Source of the DNA: a virus
IMG/VR virus record: IMGVR_UViG_3300009161_000023
Span: 64,001 to 128,000 of that record
DNA length: 64,000 bases
Strand: one strand, 5' to 3'
In this document: positions 16,912 to 27,175 of the stretch, in pieces
How positions within the stretch are numbered: the first letter of the stretch is position 1
Layout: each line of letters starts with the position of its first letter
Translations under genes and position numbers: made by a program
The notes under the pieces: model-generated
Seen by the model: the letters and a program-made list of their open reading frames with translations, nothing else
Databases searched by the model: none
What the model was told of the DNA's origin: nothing

Positions 16912-18462
16912 TTAAAGCGGTTCCTCACAATCTAAGAGTTGATTTTCTAATTCTTGAATTTCTTCATTTAATGTTTGAATCATATTAAGAAGTTGGTTTA
17001 TATCGCCTTCTAACTCATCATCTTTATCTTCGGCCTCACTTCTTTTTTCTCGCAGAGGTTTTAAGATAGAATTATAATATTCAAGTTCATCAAGCGTATA
17101 TTGCGTAGTTTCTTTTTTTGTATTTTTTAAGTTATCAGCAAGGCTACGCACAGAAGCTATTCCATCGTTACCAATTCCATAGGCTGTATAATCAGGATTA
17201 TTCATAATGTCACCAATAGCTCTAAATCGCTCTTCGTTGTCTTCCTTATATTGCGATATTCTTAGCAGATCATATGGGTCTAGAATTTCGTTAGAATATA
17301 TTTTTTGCAATTCTATATTGTTAAATTTTATGGAATTGTTTGCGAATTCATATTGTCTTACAAGGTCTATAATATTGGACACAATACCATATAATCTATC
17401 AATTTCATCTTGTATTTGTTCATTATATTCATTATTAGAATCACTATTAGGATCATCTTCTATTAATTGGTTTATTTTATCATTTAATTCGTCATATTCT
17501 TTTTGAGTGTCATTTAAATATTTTTGAGGTTCTTCTCGTTCTTTTGTTTTATCAGCAATACTTGTTTCCTTATTTAGTACTTGGATTTCTTTTTCTCTTA
17601 TGTTTTCTCTTATTGTATCACAATTTGGTCGTTGTGTTGTTGTACTTGTTGTTGTACTTGTTGTTGTACTTGTTGTTGTACTTGTTGTTGTACTTGTTGT
17701 TGTACTTGTTGTTGTACTTGTTGTTGTACTTGTTGTAGTCGTTGTAGTCGTTGTAGTTGGTGCTTCTGTTGTTGTAGGTGCTTCTGTTGTAGAACCATCA
17801 CCGTCAAAAGAAAATATTGTTCTTGTTCTTGTTCTTGCTATTGTTCTTGCTCTTGTTGTGGTAGGTGCTTCTGTTGTGGTAGGTGCTTCTGTTGTTGTAG
17901 GTGTACTTTTTGTATGGCCATTACCGTCAAAAGAAAACATTGGTTTTGTTTTTATTTTATTTAAAGTAGAATTATTTAAATTTTTTATTGTTCTTTTAGA
18001 TTGATTAATTCTGTCAAGTTCTACATAAGTATTTGTTAATTTATTTATACTAACTTTTGTTTTTTTTAATTTTTCTATTAGCTCTAATGTATTTTCTGTA
18101 TTTTCTAGAAGATTATTCTCTGTTTTTTTGAATTTACTTTGCAATGATGTAATTTTATTAGAAAATAAATTGTTTTTATCAATTGCAATATTTTTTTTAT
18201 CTTTAACTAATTTTAAGTTTTGTTCAGTTGGATTATCAATATAATCATTAATAGTTTTTATTAATTCATCTGCTGAAACATTATTTCTTCTAAATGAATT
18301 TTTGCTATTATCAAATGATTGCTTGGTTTTTTTAAAACTTAAAGTACTTTTTTTTATATTATTTAAAAGTTTATTAGATTTTTCTATAGATTCTGTTGTA
18401 TTTGATTTTATCAAATTAACAAATTGTCTTGCTTCTTTAATTTTAGATTTTATTTTTTTCAT
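16912..18462 (-). CDS. Coiled-coil protein with a central mucin-like Thr-rich linker
   Basis: Basic N-terminal coil, TTTEAP and STTT repeats, acidic C-terminal coil; directly downstream of the capsid gene. Confidence 0.85.
   Translation of the reverse strand: MKKIKSKIKEARQFVNLIKSNTTESIEKSNKLLNNIKKSTLSFKKTKQSFDNSKNSFRRNNVSADELIKTINDYIDNPTEQNLKLVKDKKNIAIDKNNLFSNKITSLQSKFKKTENNLLENTENTLELIEKLKKTKVSINKLTNTYVELDRINQSKRTIKNLNNSTLNKIKTKPMFSFDGNGHTKSTPTTTEAPTTTEAPTTTRARTIARTRTRTIFSFDGDGSTTEAPTTTEAPTTTTTTTTTSTTTSTTTSTTTSTTTSTTTSTTTSTTTSTTTQRPNCDTIRENIREKEIQVLNKETSIADKTKEREEPQKYLNDTQKEYDELNDKINQLIEDDPNSDSNNEYNEQIQDEIDRLYGIVSNIIDLVRQYEFANNSIKFNNIELQKIYSNEILDPYDLLRISQYKEDNEERFRAIGDIMNNPDYTAYGIGNDGIASVRSLADNLKNTKKETTQYTLDELEYYNSILKPLREKRSEAEDKDDELEGDINQLLNMIQTLNEEIQELENQLLDCEEPL
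17636..17731. repeat. 8 x 12-nt exact tandem repeat (STTT)
   Basis: gttgttgtactt eight times. Confidence 0.95.
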
Positions 18463-18580
18463 ATATTATATATACTTTTATTTATTTTTTCAAAGAAGTT
18501 TATGAACTAAACATAAGCTTGGATGATGTTTTAAATAATTCTGAAATAATTACACTTTTTAATAGCAAATAATATTAAAT

Positions 18581-18620
18581 AAAAAAACCCACTTAGTTTA
18601 ACACTAAGTGGGGATTTTTT
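18581..18620. terminator. Rho-independent terminator after the major capsid gene
   Basis: A7-cccacttagt-ttaac-actaagtggg-gaT6. Confidence 0.85.
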
Positions 18621-18664
18621 ATTATTCTAAAGTTTTATGTTAGCTTAAGAATATAGTGTAAAAA

Positions 18665-20095
18665 TCAAATAATAAAATTTGCAATGGAAAGGCGAGCATA
18701 AAACTTCGAACCTTCACGCAATAGTTTCTTACCATAACGGGTAAGAATACCACGCCTTGGGCAGAAGCTTTCAGGATCAAGAACAGTAGGAGTCTGGGTG
18801 AGTGGAACATATGGGCAATAGAAATATCCACTGTCCATGTAACTGTCGCCCTTATAACCCATTAAGATCTGATTAGATTGGAATAATGGATCTTTGTATA
18901 TTCTCCAACGATTGTTGATAGTACCAACATACTGTACACCTAAAGAAGAGGTGAAAGTTTCACTTGGTGCAGGTGCGAAACCAGCAGTTGCGGTTTCAAA
19001 GATTGAAGCAACTTCAGGGGAAGTTACTAACCAATTTGCACCACCACGCAAAGTTTTGCGATGGATAACATTGGAAACCTCAACTACTTTAACATAGAGG
19101 GATTCGTATTTTTCTTTAACCGTATCACCTAAAGCAGTGCTGTAATCCCAAGCTGCTACAGTTCCAGCATTCAAGCGAAGATCTTGAAGAATTTCACGAT
19201 CAATTTCAAGATTGATTTCTTGAGCAAGAACAGCAGTCAATTCAGCTTCAGCGTCAAGATTGTGTTGGCTACGAAGATCTTGTTGAGCTTCATAAGACCA
19301 TACTGCCTTCAATTTACGAGTTTTTGCAACGATTTCTTCACTTTCAATTACAAGATTGATTTCGGGAAGATCTTGATTGCATTCCATGTTATACTGGTAA
19401 TTGATAACAACACTAGAAGCACCCAATGCGTTATTCGTAGTTAATGAAATTAAGCCAGTAGTATTATCAACGCTACCGCTAACAACCTTATCAGTAGGAG
19501 TACCAATATCAGTTGCACTAAAGCTATTAGAAGCACTAAAGTTGAAAGTCTGGATAGCAACACCGCCATCATAAACGGTTCCAGTGAAGGTTCCAGCTAA
19601 GATTGGAGTATGTTCAGCTACGAAAGTTAAACTAGTAGTTGCACCAGCATCGCTGTGAGATTCGTTTTGAACGAATTGGCTACTATAGTAAACATCAAGA
19701 TTTGAAGTACCATCAGCTAATTGTTGCAAGCTATTTGCATCATCGCCTGGAAATCCACCATTATTAGATGCACCACGAATTGCACCTTTATTGGATGAAT
19801 AACGAAAACGGAGATAATACACAAGACCAGTAGGCCCTAAAAGAGGTTGTACTGAAACAATCTTGTTAGCAATTAGTTGAGGATAAATCCTGCGTACTAA
19901 AGGAATACTGATTCGTTTGAACTGAGCAACATCTGAAGTGTCAGTTGAAATTTCGTTAATAAGTCTTTGATTTTCTAAGAGAACTGCTGTAGAAGAGCGA
20001 GTGTTAGGATCGGTAATGCCATCAAGGATGCCAGTAGTACCCCAACGAGAAACAAGCTCTTTACTCTCAGTTAAAAATTTTGCATTTGCGTTCAT
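18665..20095 (-). CDS. gp23: Major capsid protein, T4 gp23-like
   Basis: LLENQ, LVRRIYPQLIANKIVSVQPLLGPTGLVYYLR, KTRKLKAVWSYEAQQDL, EINLEIDREI, YCPYVPL, GILTRYG. Confidence 0.97.
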   Translation of the reverse strand: MNANAKFLTESKELVSRWGTTGILDGITDPNTRSSTAVLLENQRLINEISTDTSDVAQFKRISIPLVRRIYPQLIANKIVSVQPLLGPTGLVYYLRFRYSSNKGAIRGASNNGGFPGDDANSLQQLADGTSNLDVYYSSQFVQNESHSDAGATTSLTFVAEHTPILAGTFTGTVYDGGVAIQTFNFSASNSFSATDIGTPTDKVVSGSVDNTTGLISLTTNNALGASSVVINYQYNMECNQDLPEINLVIESEEIVAKTRKLKAVWSYEAQQDLRSQHNLDAEAELTAVLAQEINLEIDREILQDLRLNAGTVAAWDYSTALGDTVKEKYESLYVKVVEVSNVIHRKTLRGGANWLVTSPEVASIFETATAGFAPAPSETFTSSLGVQYVGTINNRWRIYKDPLFQSNQILMGYKGDSYMDSGYFYCPYVPLTQTPTVLDPESFCPRRGILTRYGKKLLREGSKFYARLSIANFII

Positions 20096-20120
20096 TGTAA
20101 AAAAACCTTTCGTTTAAAAT

Positions 20121-21035
20121 TTAGTTGCTTTTCTTCACACCAGAAAGAACTAATAATTCGTTGTTTACACCGTTCCCAGAGTTATATTCCGCAATAACCT
20201 GAACATTATCGGTGTTGATATGTCCTCTCCCCGATGCATTCTTTACTTTTTCAACTCTTTCATTCTGCTCAGATATAATCTGGGCTTTTTTAACTTTAGA
20301 ATTTTTAGATTCTAATGTATAATTATTTCTAGATTCATTTACCATACTATTAAACTTTTTAACGGTTTCATTAAGTTTGGTATTTTCAGTAGAAAGTCTA
20401 ATGCTGCGAGCTTCTAGGATTCTAAGTTGACCACGAAGTTCTTCAACATTTTTATTGGATTCATTAATTTTATTAGTTGTAACAAAAGATATATCTTCAT
20501 TTTTGATATAATCAGAAGTAAGATCAACGATTTTGTTAAGAACAACTTTATGTTCAACTAAAGATGGATCGCTAAGAATATCAGTTTTTGCTTGTTCATA
20601 AATTTCAGAACCTTTTTGTTGAAGGAATTGATCTACCTTTTCAACAATATATTCTTTCATTTCTGCCAATTTAGAATCGTATTCTTCATACAAAGAAGTT
20701 TCGATGTCTTTATTTTTGCTGCGTTCATTAAGAAGCATTTGATATGCTTCTTCGTAACCTTCATCAAGAGAGTTATCGAATTCATCTTTTTGAGACTCTA
20801 AGCGATTGCGAAGGTCAGTGATAATTTCATAAGCTTCTTGATAACCCTTATAAGCAGTTTTTTCTGCTTTTTCTAAATCGGTAGTAAGCTGTTGATAAGC
20901 TTCCTCTAAATTAGAATTATATTCTTTTTCTATTTCTTCCTTAGCTGAGGATAGCATTTCCTTAACAGCCGAGGCAACTTCAACTAATTGATCCTGTGGG
21001 ATCAAGTTTTTCAATGATTCAGTAATTTTGTCCAT
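20121..21035 (-). CDS. gp22: Prohead core scaffolding protein, gp22-like
   Basis: Glu-rich coiled coil between protease and capsid genes, as in T4 21-22-23. Confidence 0.7.
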   Translation of the reverse strand: MDKITESLKNLIPQDQLVEVASAVKEMLSSAKEEIEKEYNSNLEEAYQQLTTDLEKAEKTAYKGYQEAYEIITDLRNRLESQKDEFDNSLDEGYEEAYQMLLNERSKNKDIETSLYEEYDSKLAEMKEYIVEKVDQFLQQKGSEIYEQAKTDILSDPSLVEHKVVLNKIVDLTSDYIKNEDISFVTTNKINESNKNVEELRGQLRILEARSIRLSTENTKLNETVKKFNSMVNESRNNYTLESKNSKVKKAQIISEQNERVEKVKNASGRGHINTDNVQVIAEYNSGNGVNNELLVLSGVKKSN

Positions 21036-21039
21036 TATC

Positions 21040-21705
21040 CTAACCTCTCTCTTTTAAGCTGGAAGTATGTGATTTAATAATTCCGCCAATGCAAGCAATT
21101 AAAGCGTTTTTATTTACTTTATTATTTATGCTTGTATCATTATTTTTTTGAGAAATAATAGAATTATTTTCAGGAAAGTTTTGAAAGCCTTCCTTTGTTG
21201 CAACGATTTTTTCTTGAAAAGCACCATTTGTACTTGGATCTGCAACAATATCAAAAGTGATAAGTTTATAGCCTTCGCTAATAACTAAAACACCACTTTC
21301 GTTATTTTTTCCATTTCCAACGCCACGGCTGCTGATGCCTACTCTTACACCATCGTTGATAAGTGCTCTAAGAGTTCTACCATAGGGTGTATTAAGGATT
21401 TCTCCTTCACCCATTAAAGCATTGCCTTCCCACCATAATTTAGTAATTAAGTGAGATGCATGTTCAAAGTGAATAATAGAATCGGTTGGATGATCTAACT
21501 CTCCAACTAATCCTCTAGCTTTTATAATTTCATTTAAAGAATCTACATTGTTCTTTAAAACAGTTTCAGGGTATAACCTGCCATTTTTATTAGCTTCGTT
21601 ACAAGCTTGGAATTTGCCACGAAATTTTACAACTCCGTTACTTCCCTCATTAAGCGTGAGGTTAACTCCATTATTAAGGCAAGAATCTATTAATAACATA
21701 CTCAT
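21040..21705 (-). CDS. gp21: Prohead core protease, T4 gp21-like
   Basis: NKNGRLYP, GELDHP, GISSRG.G, LITFDIVADPS. Confidence 0.95.
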   Translation of the reverse strand: MSMLLIDSCLNNGVNLTLNEGSNGVVKFRGKFQACNEANKNGRLYPETVLKNNVDSLNEIIKARGLVGELDHPTDSIIHFEHASHLITKLWWEGNALMGEGEILNTPYGRTLRALINDGVRVGISSRGVGNGKNNESGVLVISEGYKLITFDIVADPSTNGAFQEKIVATKEGFQNFPENNSIISQKNNDTSINNKVNKNALIACIGGIIKSHTSSLKERG

Positions 21706-21725
21706 ATTACCTCCTTAATAATTGG

Positions 21726-23423
21726 TTATTTGTCACTATTGTGTAGGTGCATAAAGCTTTGATCCAAAGTCATTCCATTTTTTGGAATATAAGGATTGCT
21801 TAGGTTTGGCCAAGTATCACTTCCTTGATTAGTAGCTAAACCATCACCTTCTGTAGTGTTTGGATCTTTATCATTTACTTGAGGAATAACATCCTTAAGA
21901 ACATAAGGATTATTCAAGGCTGGGAAAATATCTTTACCAGCAGAAGTATATGCAGATTTTGCAGAGTTATCTATGCCAATTTTATTACCATCAGAAGTTA
22001 CAACACCTTTATAATCACCGTTATATTTGCTTGGGAAAGCTTCAATTTTAGCTTTCTTAGCAAGAATAGGATGATCGCCATTTAAAGAATTGTGTGGTTT
22101 GTCATAATTACCAATAGTATTGCTTGACATTGCAATATTTGAAGCTTCTGTTAAAGACTTAATTAAATTATTACCAGCTTCTAAAACATTATAATTTAAT
22201 TCACTATCACCAGAAATAACAAGCTTAAGATCTTCAAGACCTTCGGAAATTTTTGCTTTTGCTAACTTATTTCCATTGTTTCTTGAAATAACATTATATA
22301 CTTCATCGAGTATTTTATATGCATCTACAAAAGATTGAAATTCACGATTGTATTGATCATCAAGACCTGGTAATACTTTTTCGCAAGTTTTACGATAAGC
22401 ATTATAATCTTCTGTATATTCTTGGCCATTAATCTTGAATACTTTATTAACACTGTCTGCGTAAGCATTATGTGCAGTTCTTAAAATGCCTTCTGCCATA
22501 AAGTTACAAGTTTGATCATCATAATTATTACTATCAGATGCTTCTAATGATTCTTTTATCATGTTAGCTAGTTCATTTTGGTTTAAGAAAACTAAACTTG
22601 GCCAAGCACCAACAATATTTTCAAGAGTAGTTTCTACTTCTTTAACATCTGAAACAGCGTTTGCTCTACGCAAATCATTAATAGCTCTTAAAAAATTATT
22701 TTCTTTAACAAGTTTTTTAGCATTAGATCTTTGATAAGTAACCTCAGAGCTTGGAGTTTTCCAATTAAATGAAAGTATTTTTCCTTCATTTCTTAATTTC
22801 AAACGAGGTAGTTTTACAGAAACAACATTGTTACTATTATCGTGGGATAAAGAAACATTATTAAATAAAGGATTTCCTTTTTTGAAATTTAAGAATTCTT
22901 GTATGTTTTCAGACATTGCTTTGAATTCTTCAATTTTAGATTTTCTGAAAAGCATTTTTACACTATCAAATTCAGAAGGTTTGTTATAGCTAGATTCATT
23001 AATTTTATTGGCTTTTTTATTCTTACCAAGTCCTTCTTTGAATACTTTTTTGTTAATTGGCATGTGTATATAGTTTTCAAACATTTCACTAGCAAGGTTT
23101 TTTTTATCTTCTAGAATTGCTTCAACCATATTGGTAATAAACTTTTTATTAGCAACTCTTTCAGATTCTTCATTAACGACTAATTCCTTAATATTATCTA
23201 ACAAAAGATTGTTATTATCTAAGTTATAAGTTGCGTGAATGTAAGTATCTTGTGGAGTAACAAAAGTTACTTCCGTTTCGTTAAGACAATGAACCTTTAA
23301 AGATTCAAGCCTTAGCCTTTTAGCTAAAATATCGCAAGATTCATTAATTTCTTTCATAGCGACATTAATAGATTTTTTTTCAATTTCATTAATAACATTG
23401 ATATCAATAAGTTTTCTCTTCAT
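21726..23423 (-). CDS. Hypothetical head-assembly protein (565 aa)
   Basis: Long ORF, GGAG SD, between portal and protease with many L/I-x-E sites; function inferred from position only. Confidence 0.75.
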   Translation of the reverse strand: MKRKLIDINVINEIEKKSINVAMKEINESCDILAKRLRLESLKVHCLNETEVTFVTPQDTYIHATYNLDNNNLLLDNIKELVVNEESERVANKKFITNMVEAILEDKKNLASEMFENYIHMPINKKVFKEGLGKNKKANKINESSYNKPSEFDSVKMLFRKSKIEEFKAMSENIQEFLNFKKGNPLFNNVSLSHDNSNNVVSVKLPRLKLRNEGKILSFNWKTPSSEVTYQRSNAKKLVKENNFLRAINDLRRANAVSDVKEVETTLENIVGAWPSLVFLNQNELANMIKESLEASDSNNYDDQTCNFMAEGILRTAHNAYADSVNKVFKINGQEYTEDYNAYRKTCEKVLPGLDDQYNREFQSFVDAYKILDEVYNVISRNNGNKLAKAKISEGLEDLKLVISGDSELNYNVLEAGNNLIKSLTEASNIAMSSNTIGNYDKPHNSLNGDHPILAKKAKIEAFPSKYNGDYKGVVTSDGNKIGIDNSAKSAYTSAGKDIFPALNNPYVLKDVIPQVNDKDPNTTEGDGLATNQGSDTWPNLSNPYIPKNGMTLDQSFMHLHNSDK

Positions 23424-23637
23424 CTTTATGCTCCCTAATTAGGTTTCAACAAAATATTTATTGAATCACTTCTCAATTTTTATTTTTTTATAGATTGTGT
23501 TACAATCTTTTGTTCTCATGAGAAACAAATTTAGCTTTTTACTAAAACTAAAAATAAAATAAAATTTATGAACTTTTTTATATGTTCACATATTACATAG
23601 TTATGTATGCATAAGTTTTGAAAATTAAAGGAAAAAG

Positions 23638-23937
23638 ATGTATTCTTTTAAAAAATTTATAAAAATCAAAGAAGCGTATCAAGTAGATATTGAATATGAT
23701 TATGTAACTGAATTGGATGATATAATTAATGCTGCTAAGATATTTATCATTAAAAACCCTAAAAAAATGAAAGAATTTCTTGAAAAGGAAAGTAAGAATG
23801 ATGAGGAATTAAAGAATTTATATCAATTTAAATTTTTAGATAAAAGTAACCAACTTAATAATATTAAAAAACCTAATACTCCACTTGGGTATTTTGCTGG
23901 ATATGATTTTTTGCAAAAAATTGATTCTCCAATATGA
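23638..23937 (+). CDS. Small hypothetical protein, capsid-targeting-like N-terminus
   Basis: AAAGGA SD; MYSFKKFIKIKE. Confidence 0.65.
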   Translation: MYSFKKFIKIKEAYQVDIEYDYVTELDDIINAAKIFIIKNPKKMKEFLEKESKNDEELKNLYQFKFLDKSNQLNNIKKPNTPLGYFAGYDFLQKIDSPI

Positions 23938-23985
23938 TAAAAGTTATCAATACTGTATATTGTGTTTAATAAATAAAATTAATTA

Positions 23986-26514
23986 TTAAAAATTTTCTTC
24001 TGAATGATCAATATCTTCATGATCTTGCTCAGAAGCATAGTCTTCAATATTCATATCGTATTTTTCTAAATCTTCTTTGCTTGGTTCCGCTAAAAGCGAA
24101 CCAGATTGTTTTGAACTTGTAGGAGGAGTAGTACCGCCTAATTCTCCACCTGTATCAGGACTTGGAGAAGTTTCGCCACTTTCTGGTGGCTGTAATAATG
24201 TATTTGGGCCTTCAGGGGTTGCTCCAATTTCAGGATTTTCCTTAGAATCTGTTCCTTCGGCAGGAATACCTACACCAAGAAGCTGAGGATTTTGAGTAAT
24301 AATTTGCATCTTAGCATCTTCAAGTTTTTGAAGTTTCATTCTTGCTACAATTTCTTCAGTCTCATCAGGAGTATACTTCATCCACTTGTTTAGAATGTCA
24401 TAATCAGAAAGCATAAGAGAACTCTTTAGAGATGTGGCATTTGTAATTCTAGCTGCCATAACATCTGCTCTGCTAAGTTCTCTCCAATCTGATGGAGGAG
24501 TCATTTTTATAGTTAAATCTAAATATGATTCTTTGGGATAACCTTTTAACCTTAAATGTCTATCAGCAATTTCCCATAACCCATCTTCGAAGCAAGATTG
24601 AAATCTTTCAATTAATCTTGCAAATCTAACATCTTGAGCACTTAATGAAATTTTTGTAATATTTACATCTTCAACATTAAAATAATTTTTAGGAAAATTA
24701 AGTGCTGTGAATAATTTATTTCTAAAGTACAAGCAATCATCTACCTCACCTAAGTTTTGAGCACCAGGTAATGTTTCAATTTTAGTATTGCTATTTGGTC
24801 TTATTGGTAGCCAATAATCTTCGTCTTGCGAAGGAGCATGCCATTTTTCATCTACACTATTTGCACCAGATGAGTAACGCATTTGCGTTTTTCTTTTTCT
24901 AAATTGATCTTTCATTCTTTCGATAAATGATTCTGCTTTAAATGGAGGCAAAGTACCAACATCTATGTAAAAAACCCTGCGTTCTGGTGCTCTACTTAGT
25001 CTGTAAACAAGCATTGCATCTTCACATAGTCTTACTTGTTGTGCAGGTCCTCTGGCAGCTTCAACAACTGAAACACCATAAGGATAAAAGCTTTTCCTAT
25101 CTTCTCCAATTCTGATGTGAATTATTTGTTCTGGTGCAAATCTTATTGCTGTAGAATTTATCATTTGCGTATCAGTAGTAGCTACTATTGGAGAAGAAAT
25201 TAAAGATGTGTAATCTGGCCCTTCTTTGCTTTGTTGAAACTCAACTATTTTACCTTTTGTAGTTTCTATTCGATACATAGAATCAACTGGCAACCTTGCA
25301 ATTTTATAAATTCCCTCTGTAGGATTTTCTTGATTAATTACAATTTCCCAAAACAAATCTCCATAAACTAAAAGATTTTTAAAATCTCCCCAAACTGTAC
25401 GATTTAAATTAAGCATGCTTCTGTGATAAAGCAAAAATTTTAATTCTGATTTAATATCTTCATTTTCACAAGAAATTGTAAAAATATTACCATCTGTATC
25501 TCTTTGGCAATTATGAACAATAATTGAATCTGTTGCGAAGTTATGATGGTTTTCAACTGTCATATCATATACTTCCTGTACAGATCCTTTTTCTACAGCC
25601 ATTACAACTCTTCTGTCTTTATAAGTTTTTAAATACTTCATTTCTTTTACAGAAAATCCATTTTTGCTAAGTCTATATTTTGTAGTTCTCCAATCAACTT
25701 TAGTTAAGGTTGCAACATCTTTGCATTTTAATCCAAGGCTTATAAGTTTCGTTGTTTCGTTTATTTTTTCATATTTATTTAAATCTTTTTCAGCTTTAAA
25801 TTCTTCAATAAATTGTCTTTCGTGAATCCATCCCTTTTGGTGGGTGTATATTCTTGGAAATTGATTTATTTTTGATTTTGTTAAATCTTGATTTGCTTTT
25901 AATCTATAAAATGGCATTAATTGATCATGAAATTTTAAGTCGCCAGCTTGTTTCCAAGTTCCATTTTTCATTAAAATACGATGATCAGCAGTACATTCAA
26001 TGTGTTCACCATTATCAAAATATACCTTTACTGTTTCTGCTGTTTTTGTAATTCTTACATCGTAAGCCCAACTTAAGGCATAATCTTCTTTTTCAAAATC
26101 ATAACAATAAACTAAAAATTTCTGATTTTTCTTTATTTCATATAATTCTTTTATAGTTTTTTGACCAAAAGGCGTTGATATTTTTGTATCGCCAGCCAAG
26201 CAAGCTTCATCTGTATAAACATTTATTACAGATTCAATTTCTGGCATAGATCTTAATCTATCATATTCCTTATATCTACTCATTCTATTTGAAATCGTAG
26301 AAAGATCTATAAAATCATTGCTTTCTCTTAGTCTTACCAACCTTTGATCTTGATTTCCATAAAATCCACCGTCTGGTGAAATAGAAGGAACTGAATCTGG
26401 ATTTTGAATACCAGCACCAACAATATCTCTCGTAGAAATCTTTTTAGAGATTGGATCATCTGAGAAAGCGTAAGTAAAAGTCTTGTAAAAATTAGCCCAA
26501 ATTGGTGAAGGCAT
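23986..26514 (-). CDS. gp20: Portal protein, T4 gp20-like, intein-containing
   Basis: PYGVSVVEAA, EDAMLVYRLSRAPERRVFYIDVGTLP, EDYWLP, IETLPGAQNLGE, YFRNKLFTALNFP. Confidence 0.95.
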   Translation of the reverse strand: MPSPIWANFYKTFTYAFSDDPISKKISTRDIVGAGIQNPDSVPSISPDGGFYGNQDQRLVRLRESNDFIDLSTISNRMSRYKEYDRLRSMPEIESVINVYTDEACLAGDTKISTPFGQKTIKELYEIKKNQKFLVYCYDFEKEDYALSWAYDVRITKTAETVKVYFDNGEHIECTADHRILMKNGTWKQAGDLKFHDQLMPFYRLKANQDLTKSKINQFPRIYTHQKGWIHERQFIEEFKAEKDLNKYEKINETTKLISLGLKCKDVATLTKVDWRTTKYRLSKNGFSVKEMKYLKTYKDRRVVMAVEKGSVQEVYDMTVENHHNFATDSIIVHNCQRDTDGNIFTISCENEDIKSELKFLLYHRSMLNLNRTVWGDFKNLLVYGDLFWEIVINQENPTEGIYKIARLPVDSMYRIETTKGKIVEFQQSKEGPDYTSLISSPIVATTDTQMINSTAIRFAPEQIIHIRIGEDRKSFYPYGVSVVEAARGPAQQVRLCEDAMLVYRLSRAPERRVFYIDVGTLPPFKAESFIERMKDQFRKRKTQMRYSSGANSVDEKWHAPSQDEDYWLPIRPNSNTKIETLPGAQNLGEVDDCLYFRNKLFTALNFPKNYFNVEDVNITKISLSAQDVRFARLIERFQSCFEDGLWEIADRHLRLKGYPKESYLDLTIKMTPPSDWRELSRADVMAARITNATSLKSSLMLSDYDILNKWMKYTPDETEEIVARMKLQKLEDAKMQIITQNPQLLGVGIPAEGTDSKENPEIGATPEGPNTLLQPPESGETSPSPDTGGELGGTTPPTSSKQSGSLLAEPSKEDLEKYDMNIEDYASEQDHEDIDHSEENF
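25510..26202 (-). mobile_element. Intein (231 aa) in the portal protein
   Basis: DEA|CLAGDTKISTPFG (block A), IECTADHRIL (block B TxxH), VYDMTVENHHNF (block F), IIVHN|C (block G, Cys+1). Confidence 0.95.
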
Positions 26515-26560
26515 ATAATTCCTTTGAATCTTTATATTATTATTATTATAATAGTTATAA

Positions 26561-27175
26561 ATGTTAAGTTTAAAATTATTACAAAAGAAAGCTATTTTAC
26601 TTGCAAGCCATTATGGTTGTGAGGTCTTTAATTTATATAACAATTTAATTAATATCAATAGAATCAACGGATTTTTGAGGAAAAGTCCTAAAAGAATTAG
26701 TGATTACGATGATCCAGCATGTTCTTATTTATTTTCAAATAAACATTTATATCCAAAAAAAGACAAGATATATTTAGATGTTTTGTTATTTAATTACCAA
26801 ATAAGCTGTAAAGAATTATTTAAAAATCAGAGTTTAGAATTTTTATTCTATTTAGGAAATGGAATTTCTACAGTAGAAAAAATTGTACAAACTACTGGAT
26901 TGGAAAAAGAAGCTGCAAGAAGATATTATTGTTTTAGATTAAGAAGGCTTTGCGAAATGATAGAAAAGCTTCCAAATTGTTATGTTTTCATCGAAGGAAT
27001 TTCTAAACTTGAAAATTTAAGTATTTATCTTAACGAAAAGTATAAAATTATACCTGATGTTAAATTAAATTATTCTATAAAAATTGAAAGTCAAGGAATT
27101 CCTGAAAATTGCTTTGAAAGATATTATGCTTTTATACAGCACTGCGATGAGAAAAAATTTCTTAAAATAATTTAA
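26561..27175 (+). CDS. Hypothetical protein
   Basis: 204-aa ORF on the opposite strand to the packaging genes. Confidence 0.7.
   Translation: MLSLKLLQKKAILLASHYGCEVFNLYNNLININRINGFLRKSPKRISDYDDPACSYLFSNKHLYPKKDKIYLDVLLFNYQISCKELFKNQSLEFLFYLGNGISTVEKIVQTTGLEKEAARRYYCFRLRRLCEMIEKLPNCYVFIEGISKLENLSIYLNEKYKIIPDVKLNYSIKIESQGIPENCFERYYAFIQHCDEKKFLKII

Noticed and set aside
17207-18004. Poly-Cys, poly-Val, poly-Gln and poly-Leu ORFs
   Set aside because: Other frames of the 12-nt Thr repeat.
18470-18575. Short open frame FKEVYELNISLDDVLNN... after the capsid terminator
   Set aside because: No canonical start or SD apart from an internal TTG; overlaps the leader of 16912..18462.
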